DNA of 24,109 nucleotides from a virus (taxonomy: Duplodnaviria > Caudoviricetes), in IMG/VR virus record IMGVR_UViG_3300033551_000044, positions 1-24,109 of that record; one strand, given 5' to 3'. The translations under genes and the position numbers were made by a program. This document shows, in pieces, positions 23,764-24,109 of this stretch. A model generated the notes under the pieces. It was not told where the DNA came from, searched no databases, and worked only from the letters and a program-made list of their open reading frames with translations. How positions within the stretch are numbered: position 1 is the first letter of the stretch; every line of letters begins with the position of its first letter.

Positions 23764-23955
23764 ATGGCTGACAACGATGGGATGACGCATGTGCGCGTGG
23801 TGCTCAGTGACGCCACCGGCAAAGTGCTGAAGGTGCTCAACGTTGTGTGCGAGGACGCGGAAGATGCCGCGGGCCAAATACACGCCAACCTAGAGCGCGA
23901 CGCCAAGCACGGCGAACTGGACGGCTGCGAAGAAGTCATCGAGGTCGGGCAGTAA
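23764..23955 (+). CDS. Small acidic hypothetical protein (63 aa)
   Basis: GGAG 7 nt upstream of ATG 23764, preceded by an A/C-rich unstructured tract. First ORF of the divergent unit. Confidence 0.7.
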   Translation: MADNDGMTHVRVVLSDATGKVLKVLNVVCEDAEDAAGQIHANLERDAKHGELDGCEEVIEVGQ

Positions 23956-23993
23956 GCCCGCCCACACTCAACCCCAAACAAAGGACAATAGCG

Positions 23994-24109
23994 ATGCACG
24001 TCAAGTTTGAAGGCGTACACGGTTACGCCACTTATGCCGCCGCACAGAAGCGCGGTGAGGAAGTAGAACGACAACGATCCGGCGCTGCTGAGTTTCGCTG
24101 GGTAGTCAT
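23994..24109 (+). CDS. Small hypothetical protein, 5' part (runs off window; not in ORF track)
   Basis: AAAGGA 8 nt upstream of ATG 23994. Open frame MHVKFEGVHGYATYAAAQKRGEEVERQRSGAAEFRWVV to the edge. Confidence 0.65.
   Translation, partial: MHVKFEGVHGYATYAAAQKRGEEVERQRSGAAEFRWVV

Larger units (their letters stand above)
23308..23776. repeat. 24-bp imperfect inverted repeat (23308-23331 and 23753-23776; 21/24 identical)
   Basis: Minus-strand GGAGAATGACCATGGCGGACAGCG versus plus-strand GGAGAATGACGATGGCTGACAACG. Each covers the RBS and start of a divergent gene. Confidence 0.7.

Noticed and set aside
23323-24074. Minus-strand ORFs 23323..23883 and 23739..24074, and the long N-terminal extension of terS to 23608
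   Set aside because: Cys/Arg/Ser-rich implausible sequences without RBS. They conflict with well-signalled plus-strand ORFs and the clear terS RBS at 23328-23332.

Overview
The window is a GC-rich tailed-phage (or prophage) morphogenesis operon, almost entirely on the minus strand. A lambda-like head module (small and large terminase, gpW, portal, ClpP-type protease/scaffold, decoration protein, major capsid) is joined to a Mu-like contractile tail (sheath, tube, chaperone with a -1 frameshift, tape measure, circularization proteins, gp44-48-like baseplate, fibres). The most unusual element is a tightly coupled four-gene enzyme cassette (11008-13661) between the tail sheath and tail tube genes, behind an intrinsic terminator. 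It encodes a CstII/Maf-like sialyltransferase-fold protein, two GT-A DxD glycosyltransferases and an FkbM-family methyltransferase, making it a candidate virion (tail) glycosylation and glycan-methylation system. At the right end, a divergent plus-strand unit has a putative promoter, a boxA-like motif, a ~310-nt structured leader with a duplicated covarying hairpin, and small ORFs. That intergenic region is bracketed by a 24-bp imperfect inverted repeat formed by the start regions of the two divergent genes. A second tail-fibre-like gene missing from the ORF track runs off the left edge. All product calls come from motif recognition and synteny, not database searches. An alphaproteobacterial host is only a guess.
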